NCBI RefSeq assembly: GCF_036321535.1
Contig: NC_087436.1
Coordinates: forward strand, 23,128,001 to 23,192,000
Direction of reading: 5' to 3'
Length of the DNA: 64,000 bases
DNA from: Camelus dromedarius
Lineage: Eukaryota
Below are positions 25,482 through 38,240 of this stretch, in pieces. The stretch's first letter is position 1. Each line of letters starts with the position of its first letter. Below the pieces are notes generated by a model. The model searched no databases, was not told the origin of the DNA, and saw nothing but the letters and a program-made list of their open reading frames with translations. The position numbers and the translations under genes were made by a program.

Positions 25482-25611
25482 ATGTGGGTGAACCCCGAAG
25501 AGGTGCTGCTGGCCAACGCGCTGTGGATCACCGAGAGGGCCAACCCTTACTTCATCCTGCAGCGGAGGAAGGGGCACGCGGGCGATGGAGGCGGCGGCGG
25601 CGGACTGGCGG
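25482..25611 (+). CDS. TBC1D9: TBC1D9 (TBC1 domain family member 9; GRAM/TBC/EF-hand Rab-GAP family) first coding exon, 130 nt, phase-1 intron follows
   Basis: ATG at 25482 (GGGAACATGT, A at -3) encodes [44 protein letters not shown], recognised as the TBC1D9 N-terminus and distinct from paralogs TBC1D9B/TBC1D8. Canonical donor G|GTAAGG at 25611/25612; lies in a CpG island. Confidence 0.96.
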
Positions 25612-28459
25612 GTAAGGACCCGCGGCCGGCCCCTGTGGGAGGGGGGCCCGGGGCGCTGCGGCGCCGCCCGCGGCCTTGGGCTGCGGGCACCCGAGGCGCC
25701 GCCCGGTCTCTCGGGGCTGGGCGACCCGCCCCACTTTGGTGCCAGGAAGGCATCAGGAGCCGTAATTTTCAGACTGTGAGAGAGATGCTTCTTTTCTGAC
25801 CCTGTCAGGCGGTGGGGCCCTTCGTGTACCCGCCTCCCCGCAAATGGGTGATGTTGATAATGGAGATGAGTGAGTCTGGGGTGGGGGCAGCGTCAATCTT
25901 TACGAATTGAATGCGGTACTAACCCTCTCCCCCCTTTAAAAAATATTGCTTTATATATGGGCAAGAGAGGTGAAGGACGGTTAATTTTTACTTCATTCGC
26001 TTTACTGGTTGTGGCAGGATCAGGTATAAAATGCTCTTTTGTTTCCAGGAAAGCAATTAGTAAGGAGCTGGTGTGGTCATTTCTTATATTAGTTATGACA
26101 GAAGAGAATGAATAAGGAAAACTGAATTTTGTTGTTGTTGCACCTAATTAGATATATAACAAAGCAGGTTATCTGGTTGTAAAAATAATCAGAAGTGTAA
26201 CTGCATTTTAACTGTTTTAACTCAACTACTTCCTCAAAACCCCTCACAAGGTATTAATATCGTAACTATTACTGAAACATGCCGTATTATTCTGAATTAT
26301 AAAACCAGACCTCTGTCCCAAGTGGTGCTGTATTAGAAAGATCTTCCTTTACTAACTAACTAGTTTGCGTGGTGGGAGATTACGGGTAATCTTGAACTCA
26401 AACCATGTTAGAGAAATTGGACCTTCCCCTCTTTCTGTTGGTTACAATGAACAGAACTGGGGTACTTTTTACAATGGAAAAGTTAACAGAAGAAACAGGA
26501 GAGATTTAACCAGAAAGAGATTGCAGAAAAGAGATGAACATTGACCTCTTCAGAGTTCAGAATATATCACCCACCAGGAGCTCGCGTGCTGGGTAGATGG
26601 CTGCTTTCAAAATGCCCTGCTATGAACTAAAAATTCTTGATATATATGCATTTAATTGTGATTATAATTTATAAATTAGTTTTCTCAAAATTCAAATTCA
26701 AGCGTACGACATTGACTGGTTTGAAAGATCTTGCTGGTGCAATCAGATCGTCTATGAGTAATCTGATTTTTCTGCACTTTTTTTTTTATCATAAAAGAAA
26801 AGGAATCTGCAGAGCTCCAGCTCCAGATTGTGTTCCGGAAATTCTGATTAGTAGCTTAGAATCAGAATTTTCCAGTCCATTTTGTAGAAGCTGTCCACGT
26901 ATATACATTAATAAGAAACTTGCATATCTAATGTTGGTATCAGCCCAGATTGTCTTTTAAGTCTAAAACAACAGTATAGAATAGATAGTTTATTGTGTTA
27001 ACAAAGAATACTTCCTTCCTGGAGTTAACCCTCCCATACCACAAATTACAAGTATTTATTTTCTGGAGTCATTTGCAATGGGTTATAAGAAATAAGAGAT
27101 ACAGAGCCTTCTTTTTCTAGTCAAGCTTCTTGTGGTGCTCCTACTGACTCTCCAAGCTGTAATTAATTGCAGTCTACTTGGAATCTCATCACTGAGACTT
27201 ATTTCAGATAAACTTACCTACCCAGTTGAGAAATCACAGCTATTGCACTTATTGCTAGAATAATTGAAATCGTTGAAATGAGTACGAATATTCCTGCCAA
27301 CAAAGGCTATTTTCAACCAACATGGGAAAAATGTTTGCTCTGATAGATTGGTGCCACATCGAATGTTATCAGGGACATTTTAGAAATCCTTGTACAATGT
27401 ATAGAATACTCCAGTTCTAATGTGAGTTCATTCATGCCTTCATTAACTCACTATATCATTTAAAATACTGGTTGGCAACTTCCGAAGTGCTAGTGTCATG
27501 AAGCTCACAGCCTAGTGGGAGAAGACAGATGTTGATGGAAGTATCCTATAAATTAATATAAAATTACCACTCCACAGGGTCCCAGCAGAAGACAGAATCC
27601 AACTTAGTTCTAATGAAGATAGTTTAGTGACAAGACAGCTTTGGAAGATGGAGGCAGGGTTCCCAGAACCAGTGAGGGCACAGCAGTGGGGAGCTGTTGC
27701 CACCGTAGGTGGCAGGAATGATGTTGCTGGATGCCATGGGAACTGGAGCCAGGCAGGAAGAATCTGGACCTCCAGAGAAGCAGCCACCACTAGGAACACA
27801 GACCACAGCAAAAAGGAAATGGGGAGGACATGTCCCACTTCTCTCTCCTCCCTACCTCCCAGCTTCTGTCCTTGCTGGATGGGGTGTCCTGGTGATCTAG
27901 TCCTTAAGGATCAGCCTCCCAGCGATGGATCTGGGAGATGGGGGCAGACCAAGAAGGACCATCCCTAACATCAAAAGGAGAGGAACGCGATGTAGGTTAC
28001 CTCATTCTGGGTGGGAGTGGGAGCAAGGAGAGCTTCCCTGTGAAAGTGACACCTGAGTTGAGAACTGTAGAGAGAAAAAAATTGGCCTGTGAGGCGAGAA
28101 GGGAAGAGCAAGTATCAGATATCAGTTGGAGATTTTCTAAATGATCTCAGATCTTTTATATAATGTGCATTATCTGGACCAATACACCATTGTCCACTCA
28201 TCAAATGGATGACAGATGAGTGAAACCCACTCAGTGTGAACTGGCCAGGAGTGCTCAGTGGTCCCCAGTGCTTGCTAAGATGTTAGTGCGAAAGCTATAA
28301 ATGTTAGTGCAAAAGTTATATTATTTTTAATGGGCCACAATGAGGACACTTGCTTTTTTAAAAAAAATCAAGCTATTCTTTTCCTGATTTCAGGCAATAT
28401 ACATAGGTGTTGACAAAATAAAGTCTTTTATTGTAGATGCATTTGGTTTATTCATTAAC

Positions 28460-31400
28460 CCTCTTTAATTGAGATTTCATACATGTACAGAAAGGTGCAT
28501 AAAATAGAGACGCAGAGCGCAGTGACTTATTACAAGTGACACCTTGCAGCCAACATCAGGATAAAAAATGGAACATTGCTAGTGCCCTGGAATCCCCCTT
28601 TGTGACCCTCTCCTAGTCACTGTTTTGCTCCCCCAAAGGTGAAAAAAAAACCCAAAGCCAAACTATCCTGTAATTTTTGGTAAACACTTCCTTGCCTTTC
28701 TTTTTAGTTTTTCCAACAAGGAATATTTTGGTTTTGCCTGTCTTTTGAGCAAGGAGTGCATGGAATCATAGAGTATGTGTTTACACGTTATCTGGATTCT
28801 TTGCTTTGTTTGTGATATTCGTGAATGTTGTAGCTGTAGTTCATTTTTCTGTGCTGTGCAGAAAACTGTTATGAGTATACCACAATCATTTTTCCATGTT
28901 TATCCACTGTACTGTTGGAGGACCTTTGGATGATCTGGTTGGGGTCATTGTGGATAGGGTGGCTGTGAGCATTCTTGTGTGTGTTTCTTGGTGCCTGTGG
29001 ATATGCGTTTCTATTTGGTCTGTGCCCAGGAGAGGAACTGTCAGCTCATAGGTTACGTGTACCATCAACTTTAGTAGATAATACCAAACTGTTTTCCAAA
29101 GTAGTTGTACCAACATACTCCCACCCACAGCATATGGGAATTTCCCTTGCTCCCTATCCTTGCCAGCATCGTCAGTCTTTGTAATTTTAGCCATTCTGGT
29201 GGTTTTGCAGTAATACTACACTGTGGAGTTAATTTGCTTTCTCTTGACTGATGAGGTTGTGCACCTTTTCATGTTTATTGGCCGTTTGTTTGAAATATTT
29301 TGTGACATGGTTCGAGTCTCTTGTCCACTTTTCAGCTAGGTTGTCTTTTTCTTACTGATCTATAGATTTTTAAAAATGTATTCTGGATATGAGCTCACTG
29401 TTGGTTGTATGTGTGGCATAATCTTCATTCTGTTGCTTGCCTATTCATTCTCTTAAGGATGAAAAGTGGATCTTAATTTTAATATCAATCTTTTGTAGAC
29501 TCCATTTTTCTTTATGGTTAGTGTTTTTATTATGTTTAATAAGTGTTCCTACTCTGAGCTTATAAAGGTATTCTTTTATATTATCTTCTAGAAACTTCCC
29601 AGTTTTAACCCCTAAATTTATACTTAGAATACACTGGGAATTAATTTTTGCATATTGTGTGAGATAGGGGTAAAGTTTTAAATTAAAAAAAAATATGGAC
29701 ATCCGGTTGCCCCAGCATGATTTATTGGTAAGTCCACTCTGTTCCCACTGCCCTGTGGGGCTACCTTGTCATAAATCAAGTGTCCCAGTATGTGTTGATC
29801 TGTTCGGGCTCTCTAACCCGTTCCTTTTGTCTGTGAGAATATCCTTGCACCAATGCCACACTGTGCTTTTATAATGAGGTTATTAGATCAAATCCTCCTG
29901 TTCTTTACTAGACTCTTGGCTATTCTTTGTCTTTTACATTTACACAACATTTAAGAATCAGCTTATTAAGTTCCACCAGCAGCAACAGAGACTTAAGCTG
30001 TTGGGATTTTGACTGAGATCCCATTGAGTTTATAAATAAATTTGGGCAAAATTAATATCTTTATAATATCAAATCTTCTAGTTCATAAACGTGGCATATT
30101 CCTCTATTTATCTAGGTCTTTTAAATTTTTTTTTCAATGATGTTTCATAGATTACTCTGTAGAGGTCTTTCACATCTTTCATTAGATTTATTCCTAGGTA
30201 TTTCAGGGTTTGTTTTTTTTTCACTCTGCTGTATAGTTTCTTTATAAAATTTTATTTTCTAAATATTTTTTTGCTTACCTATAGAAATAGTTTTTTTTTG
30301 ACCTTGTATTCAAAACCTAGCTAATTTGTGAAATGAATTCTAGTAATTTATCTATAGATTCTTTTATATTTTTTACATACACAAGAATATCATCTGAGAA
30401 ATTTGTTTTTTTGTAATCTTTATGCTTAAAAATTTTTTTCTTTGCCTTTTTGCACAAATTGTACAATGTCAAATAGATGTGCTGATTGAACATGTCCTTG
30501 TCCCTTTATAGGTCTCAAAAGAAAGACTTTCAACACTTGTCATTTATTCATCAACTATAGTGATTTTTGTAGATAATTTTTTTTTTCACTTTAAGAATGT
30601 TCTTATTCCTAGTTTGCCAAAAACTTTTAGTTGTTTATGGATGCTGAATTTTTTCAAATACTTTTCTGTATCTATTGAGGTTATCATATGATTTTTCTCT
30701 TTTATTCCGTTAGTGTGGTGACATATTAACTGACATAAAATAATCCAACTTGGCTGTAATGTATTTTTATGTTTATTAATATCACTTGCTAATCTTTTAT
30801 TTAGGGGTTTTGCATCCTTATAAATTAGTAAGATTGGCCTGTTTTTCTTTCTCATAACATCCTTATCAAATTTTGGTATCAAGATTATATTGGCCTTAAA
30901 AAGTAAGTTGCGGAGTGCTCACTCTTTGTTCTGTTTTCTGGAGGAGTTTGTGTGATAGCAGTGTTATATCATCCTGACATGTTTGGCAAAATTCACTGGT
31001 GAGGCTGTCTGGCTTTGAAGTTTTCTTTGTGGGTTTGTTGAATGGTATGACAACTATTCAAATATTTAAAAATCTTCTTTTACTGTGAGTTTTGCAAGCT
31101 GTTTATTTTTAGGATTTATCCTTTTCATCTAGATTTTCAAATATATTGGCATAAATTTATTAATAATATTCTCATATTTGTAATGTACAGGGATGTGCAG
31201 TGATATCCCCTTTTTTATTCCTGACAATTGTTATTTGTGTCTCCCTTTTCTTAATTGGTCTTTCTAGAAATGTATCAATTTCTGTCTTTTTTAAAGAATC
31301 AACTTCTGGACCTGTTTACCTTTTCTGTTGCATATTTATTTGCTGTTTCATTAATTTTTACCTTTTATTATTTACTTCTTTGTGTTTTCTTTGGGTATAC

Positions 31401-33500
31401 ATGGTTGCTACTTTTCTAGCTTGTTAAAAGTGATGTTTAGTTAATTGATATTCAGCCTTATTTTCTAATATATGCATTTTAGATAAATTTCCCTCTAAGC
31501 ATGACTTTACCTGCATTTCAAAGCTAAGTTTTGATATATAGTGTTTTGGTGATTATTTCACTCAAAATAGTTTCTATTTTCCATTATGATTTTTTTTATC
31601 TTGAGTTATTTAGATATATAGTTCTTAATTTACAAACATTTTGATACTTATTTTACTGCAGTCAGAAATGTATCTTGCAGTTGCTGGATAAATGCTTTGT
31701 TTGTGTTCATTTGGTGAAGTTTGATACTAGTATTTACATCTTCCATATATTAACTGATTCTTTAATCTTCTAATTTTGTTGATTACAGAGAAATGTGTGT
31801 TCAATTCTCCACCGTAATTGTAATGTTGAGTTTTTCTTCTTGTAGTTCTTTCAATTTTTGTTTATATGTTTTGATTCTATATTATTAGTTATATAGACAT
31901 CTATAATTATAATGTATTTTGGTGAATTGAATATTTTATCCTTACGAAATGTTTGCCTTTACCTCTAGAATTGCTTTTTGCTTCATCATTATAGGTAGAA
32001 CAGATTTACTTGGCTAATGTTTGGTTCTCTTTTTCATACTTTTAAACCTTTCTGTATCTTTGTATTTTGATGTGTCTTTTATAAATAGTAGATTTTTTTT
32101 TCTTAACCTGGTTTGAAAATCTTTGCCTTCTAATTGGATTATTTAATCAATGTACATTTGACTTGAGTTTAAATCTGCTGCCTTATTAAGTGCTTTCTGT
32201 GTCTTCATTATGCTTTCATTCTTGAAGGATATTTTTGTTTAAAATAGTTGGTAGTTATAATTTATTTTAAAAGAATGCTTAAGGTATTGTTCCATGGTCT
32301 TCTGATTTACTTTTTTTTCCCTAAGAAGTAAACTGTCACTCTGAATTATTGCTCTTTTGTAGGTAGATAATATTTATTGTCTTTTTCTCCAGCTGCTTTT
32401 AAGCTTTCTCCCTCTCTCTCCCTTTTTTTTTTTTTTTTTTGAAGGTTTTTCTCTTTGACCTTAGTTTTCTGCAGTTTTAGTATATCCAGTTATTTGTGTT
32501 ATTTTTAAAAATCCTGCTTGGGGTAGTAAGACTTGTTTAACTTGTCTTTCCTTGGTTTTGTAAACTTCTCATCTGCTGTTTGTTTAAATATTTCTTTTCC
32601 TTCATTCTCTTGATCTTTTTTGCTAGCATTCCAGTTACATGTATGTTATACCTTCTCATTGTCTTTTCTATGTCTGTTACCTTCTGATTTTCACTTGCTT
32701 CATTTTAGTGATTTTTTCTCTGATCTATATTTCAATTCACTATCTATTTGACTGTATTTAATCTGTTAAGCCTACCCATTCTTAATTATTTTTCAATTCT
32801 AAGATTTCCATTTGGTTCATTTTTATATTTTCAATATTTGATATTTTCAGTAATCTATCAGAACTCTCATTTTTAAAAATTCATTCCTGAGCATGGCAAG
32901 CATAGTTATTTTAAAATCTCTGTGAACTGCAGTATCTTGAGCTCATGTGGGTCTGTTCTGTTGTCTGTTATTTCTCCTAGTTTTCATTCATTCATTGTGT
33001 CACCATGCATGCCTGGTTACTTTTCATTATGTACTAGATGTTGTACTTCTGCTTTGCAGAAGTAATCTGAAATAGAAGGTGGTGTAAGAGAACTTTTTTC
33101 TGCCAGTTACAAACCAAAACCACTTTATTTTTAGGTACTGATGTATTTCAAAGCTAAGTCTAACCTGGGTGGTTTTGCCTACTTAAGATTCACACTTTTG
33201 ATTAGGTTGTAGGTCTCTAAGATCTCAACCCAGAGGCAGAGGAGCATCATTACTTTCCTACCTCTTTGCTGACACTGATGTCTATCCCTGTCTTTCCAGA
33301 TTTTGATTCTGTTAAAAGCACATCCAGACTCTCAGCTACTGTACGTCCCCTTTGGGAAGAAGGAAATGCTTCCCCAGATAATAGTTGCCCCCCATGTAGG
33401 GGTCTTGTGTCTGAGCCGCATTCCCAAGTGATGTGTCTCTTTTTAACTCTTTGATAGTTTAAAGTATATTTTGTCCCATTTGTGTAGTTGTTCTCAGTAG
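28460..33500 (-). mobile_element. Large ancient antisense L1 (L1M-type, ~5 kb, heavily degenerate)
   Basis: Minus ORFs 28886-29194 (VQLLWKTVW), 29445-29702 (PYLTQYAKINS) and 30586-30882 (RPILLIYKDAKPLNKRLA, HMITSIDTEK; RT-domain motifs) are ORF2 relics in colinear order; T-rich plus strand. Right boundary uncertain. Confidence 0.85.
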
Positions 33501-33539
33501 CAGAGAGTGGTGCAGAGTACCCTGCCATTATAAGATGGT

Positions 33540-33640
33540 GCTATTGTTAGCCCATTTTACAGAAAAGGAGAGTAAGGCGTTAAAGAGATGAAGTGACTTG
33601 CCATGGGTCACACAGCTGATAAGGGGAGGCCTATTTGACT
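33540..33640 (-). mobile_element. MIR fragment
   Basis: cccattttacaga...gaagtgacttgcc..ggtcacacagct. Confidence 0.7.
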
Positions 33641-34195
33641 TTGTATTTACTTTTCTTTATAAGGACAATTATAATGACATAGGTTAACTTTATTTTCCTC
33701 ACTCTCTCGCTTGAGAATCTAATAAAAACTATTGATTCTACCTCCGGAAAAATGAAGACACTGAAAATTTTTACATGCAGTTTTAGGAGCTTCATGGATG
33801 CCAGGTGAATCAGAATATAGATGCTTCAAGTTAAAGGATGTCACCAAGAGATCAAAACAGTTTCTCATTACCCAAAGTCCAAAGTGAGATGGCCTCTGTA
33901 AGCTGTCCTGTCAGGAATGTGTTTAAGTACCACTTGTGTTTGGAGTGCTGAGCTTTATAAAGATACACAGGAAGGAAAAGGCAAGTTTCTCTTGCTGAGC
34001 CATCATGAACCTAGTGATCAACCTGGATAAATAAATTTGGGAGAGCTACCGACACAGGCATGGGGATGGAACAAGTGCAGGCTAAGGCTGTATCTAGAAG
34101 TTTTGATCTGAGATTCAGCGTTGGGCTGTCCAGGAATTGGACTTTTTGCACCACATGGAGACCATCACAACTAGGGAAACATTCCATTTAATAAC

Positions 34196-34695
34196 TGATA
34201 GGGAAAATCAGAATATGTCACCCCAAAATATGCCCCTTTGATACGGAAATTATTTTGAGCTAAAGGCAATTAAGAAGCAGTAAACATAGAGAAAGCCCCC
34301 CCCCCCCCCCCCCGTTTATGACTAAAGGCAGGAGATAAATTGTCCTTTTACTGGGGATAGACTCTTATCAGCCCAGACACAGCAAACAAACCTGGTTAAA
34401 CTAACTGACCTTCCTACTGAAGGAAGACAAAGACTAGTTAGCCCTAGCTGATTACACCCTTGCCCTAACCACTTTGTCTTGTCCATTGTTCAAAAATGTA
34501 TTGTTACTTTGTCTAAAAGATATAAAAGCTTCCTGTTCTGGCCACTTCTCTGGATCTTCATTCTCTTGTGAAGACTCCCATGTACCTGTCCAAATTCAGT
34601 AACATCTGTATGCTCTTCTGCTAGTCTGTCTTTGTCAGTTTAATTTTCTGACCCAGCCAGGAACTCAGAGAGAATGGAGGAAAACTTTCTGTACA
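34196..34695 (+). mobile_element. ERV1 solo LTR, MER34/MER39-like, sense to TBC1D9
   Basis: atcagaatatgtcaccccaaaatatgcc...ttattttgagctaaaggcaattaagaagcag is the MER34-group 5' end; TATAAAA at 34521; ends ...GTACA; CTGA at 34195-34198 and 34696-34699 is a possible TSD; internal C18 run 34296-34313. Confidence 0.8.
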
Positions 34696-36127
34696 CTGAA
34701 GAATTCCCAGTAATGAGAGAGAGAATAACAAAGCAATGGTCTGGAAACCCTCACTAGTTAACCCGGGCTTGTTTTTAGGGTACACGCTTTCCTCTTGCCA
34801 GTGTGTAGTATTAATGAAGTTGCAACTAGTTGCACTTAGCAGTTAATGTTTTTCTTTGTAGATTAATTCTATCTAAAGCCAGTAAAATGAGTGTTAGTTC
34901 CTCAGGGAGCCTAGTGTTGTAACTGGTGACTTGAGTGTGTTGGGGCGGGTGGTGGTCTGGAGCTGTGTATGGGGTTGGCTCCTGTACTTACATAATAACC
35001 AAGTGCTCTGGCAAGAAGCCTGATTAGACAAAAGCAGATGTTACTTGCTTGTTCCGTGAATTCCTCCCCACTCTGCTTGTTGTACCAATTTTGAGAGAAT
35101 TTTGTCCACAGAACAATTTAGTCACCCATTCCAGTTTGTCTTGAGACTTTCCCTTATTCTACAAAGACGCTGTCAGAATGAATGCGCATAATTTGTGTAG
35201 GATTTAAGGTGGCTTTTGACATCTTCCAGGTATTTATAAACTGAGCTCTAAAAGTAGGGAGGAGAAAATGAACTCCGAGCTTCCTTTTGGAAATTCGAGG
35301 GGGTGAGGCTGACTTCCTGTTGCAGGGACACTGTGGACATTTTCTGCTTTGCCGTCATCGCGCACAGAGAGGACCCATTTGGTGAAGAGATCAGGTTATA
35401 CACTGTAGGATGGCTCCCAGGCCTGCACACTAAAACAGGGGCGTGGCCACCTTTCCTTATATTTTTTGTAGTTGTTTTGTAGTTGTGTACAAATCAGGAA
35501 TTTGTCATTTGGAACCGGGCAGCTTGTGATGCTAATGACTGTGGCCGGGACCACCTTGTGGCCTGGGTCTGGGTCTGAGTCTGGGTCTGGATCTGGGAGG
35601 CTGGAGCCCAGGCGTGTTCCTAGTACCTGAGTGCACCGAGGGCCGCAGGCAATAGGGGAGACTCCAGGGTCGCTCACTTCACTGCGTCTTTTGGTCTTTT
35701 GCATTCTCTACCCCTCACAGGGCTCTAGTCTTTTTCAGTCCTTCCCTTAGTAAGGACACCACCGGATTCAAAACTAGGTTAAAATCTCAGCCCCATCCGT
35801 TACCAAGAGATGTGATTTAGGAAGTGTCTCTTCCTTTCTGAGCTTGATTTCCTTATATAAGGCTCAATAACCTTTCAGTGCCAGGTGTGAGGACTCCGTG
35901 AGGTAAGTCAGGTAAGACAGGAGACACGGGGAGCTGCCGTAGGTGATGGTCCATCGTTGCCCTCCTCCTGGTGATGCTCTCAGTCAGGTGTTAGGAGGCA
36001 TCTGGCTCTGAGTAATTCACACCTCTGTGAGTCCTGCAGTTAACAGAGACACTGCAGTTTTAAAAGGTGCTGATAAAGCGAGTGGTTATCTGATATATAG
36101 GTGACTTTAAAAAGATAAGTCAGTATG

Positions 36128-36365
36128 CAACAAATGAACTTATTTATAAGACAGAGACTCACAGACATAGAAAACAAACTTATGATTAGGAGGGTGGAGA
36201 GGGGGGATGGAGGGATTAATTGGGAGTTTGGGATTGGCAGATGCAAACTACTAGGTACAGAATAGATAAACAAGGTCCTACTTGTACAGCACAGGGAGCT
36301 ATATTCAATGGTTTGTGGTAACCTGTAATGAAGAAGGATGTGTATATATACATATATATGTATAT
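36128..36365 (+). mobile_element. L1 3' UTR fragment (artiodactyl type)
   Basis: acaaatgaacttattta..agactcacagacatagaaaacaaacttatg...agatgcaaactacta...gcacagggagctatattcaa. Confidence 0.88.
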
Positions 36366-37620
36366 TAATAGTTAATTTTTGGTGGAGGTAATTTTTGATC
36401 AGCAACTTTCAGCCATGCTACCTGCACACCTCTCTCCTTCCCTTCTTCCTAGAGATGCACATTTTGAAAGCTCTGGCAGTAAACCCAGAACTCTCTCTCT
36501 TTTTCCCTCCCTCCCTCCCTCCCTCTCTATTCTCTCCTCTCTTTCTCTTCTCTCCCTCTCTCCTTGCACCAATGACCCTGACTGTGGCAAACTGGGACCA
36601 CCAGGGAGAGGACAGAGGTGGGAGGCAGGGGTGTGGCCACCTTTCTTTATATTTATATATATAAAGATATGTGGTTAATTAGCCAATCAGGAATTTGTAA
36701 GTTAGACATATTACCTAGTAGTTAAAATAGTAAAAATAATAGGAAGTACATACAACTAAGCATTAATAAAATAATATGATCACAATAACAATGACTTGGA
36801 AATTTAGCTTTTAGATCATGTAGATCATAGTAGTTAGTTAAATGATTTCTGAAGAAATCATTGACCTGCTTTCCCTTTTGCTTTGTTTCCCTTTCCTGTC
36901 AGGGATGTGTTCAGAGGACTGGCCAGCCATTTTTCAAGTTCTTCTGCAGTTGCCACTGGCTTCTGATTTGCTTCAAAAGGCATTTCACATTTTGCTGTTG
37001 GTTATTTACATTTGCTCTCAGGGAGCTGGGGGTTCCCTGGCTGTGGGATCCATTCAAGAGATCCATTAAGGTTCTCCTAACTCATCACACGAGGTCTGGA
37101 TTGGAAGCTTTCATTTAGTTGGATTAATTCTACTCTCTGTTGGGGCCCAAGGACCACTAGGCCAGGTGATTAACTGTCCAGCCCTGGAAGTGAGGTCTGT
37201 GAAATGCATTCCTGGCTTTCGGCTCCATTATTCTGAGGCTTGCTGGGCAAGTTTAAGTGTTTGCTAGAGGGAAGGTCAAGTAGAACATTAAGGATTTGAT
37301 CTGTTTACACTCGAAACAGAAAAGCCGAACTCTTTGTTTATCTCATATAGTTTTTTCTAGATTACTTGCTTCTTAATAATGAAACTCTTTACATTTCAGT
37401 AGTCCAAATGAATTTTTAAAATCTTTATATTAACCTGGGAACCAAGGTAATCTGTAATAAAAATAAGCAGGACTTAACAGATTTACATTTGGACTCTTGA
37501 AAGCATTAAAAGAAGAAATCATTAATTTATTTACTTTTTTTACTCCATTGCCTTTTTATAATATTTGCATATCTAGTACTGTAATGAATAATGTGAAGTA
37601 CTGTGAAGTACATTATTTCT

Positions 37621-37858
37621 TTTTTTAAATTGTTAAAGATCTACCTTTTTATTTATTTAATTTTATTTTTTAGTTGAAGTATAGTTGATTTACAATGTTG
37701 TGTTAGTTTCTAGTGTACAGCATAGTGATTCAGATACATATATATATATATTTTCTTTTTCGCGTTCTTTTCATTGTAGGTTATTACAAGATACTGAATA
37801 TAGTTCCCTGTGCTCTACAGTAGGTCTTTGTTGTTTATCTATTTTGGACATAGTAGTT
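37621..37858 (-). mobile_element. Short L1 3' end with ~19-bp TSD
   Basis: ttgaagtatagttgatttacaatgttgtgttagtttc...; TSD TGTGAAGTACATTATTTCT (37602-37620) vs TGTAAAGTACATGATTTCT (37859-37877), 17/19. Confidence 0.88.
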
Positions 37859-38019
37859 TGTAAAGTACATGATTTCTAAAAGCTTCTTTGTAATACATTT
37901 TCGTATCTACATGATCTAAAAGCTAAATTTCCAAGTCATTGTTATTGTGGTCATATTTTATTAATGCTTAGTTGTATGTACTTCCTATTATTTTTACTAT
38001 TAGCATAGAGGATAAAGGC

Positions 38020-38240
38020 AGAGGAGCTAACATTTGATGGAATTCTTCTGTGGTTCAGGCTTTCAGCTGAGAACTTTTCATACGTTACTAATTTGATTTC
38101 CATAACAACCATGTAGGGTAGTTATTCTTCCGTGTGTTACAGATGAGGAAACCACATGCTGGAGAAGTTAAGTATCTTACTTAAGGAGACCCTGCTAGTA
38201 ACAGACAGAGTCTGGATTTGTACTTAGCTGTGACTGCATG
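38020..38240 (-). mobile_element. MIR SINE
   Basis: cataacaaccatgtagg...ttacagatgaggaaac...gaagttaagta. Confidence 0.75.

Larger units (their letters stand above)
24630..25850 (+). promoter_or_regulatory. CpG island / TBC1D9 promoter and 5' UTR
   Basis: Abrupt very GC- and CpG-rich segment against a CpG-poor background, spanning the start codon. Adjacent inverted CCAAT (ATTGG ~24532), ETS-like CACTTCCG (~24543), several GGGCGG GC boxes. Exact TSS cannot be determined from sequence. Confidence 0.9.

Noticed and set aside
24723..25577. 284-aa minus-strand ORF and other long overlapping ORFs in the CpG island
   Set aside because: Arg/Gly/Pro/Ala low-complexity translations expected from stop-poor GC-rich DNA; no recognisable domain.
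25612..25799. Read-through of the TBC1D9 frame to TGA at 25799
   Set aside because: Lies past a canonical GTAAGG donor; similarity to TBC1D9 stops at the donor, so this is intron.
28280..28320. Short two-copy tandem repeats here and at 58096-58148 and 61504-61532
   Set aside because: Ordinary 13-24 bp slippage duplications; no spacer-repeat periodicity, so not CRISPR-like arrays.
30586..30882. Reverse-transcriptase-like peptide
   Set aside because: Decayed L1 ORF2 fragment in a frameshifted ancient L1, not a novel RT or retron-like system.
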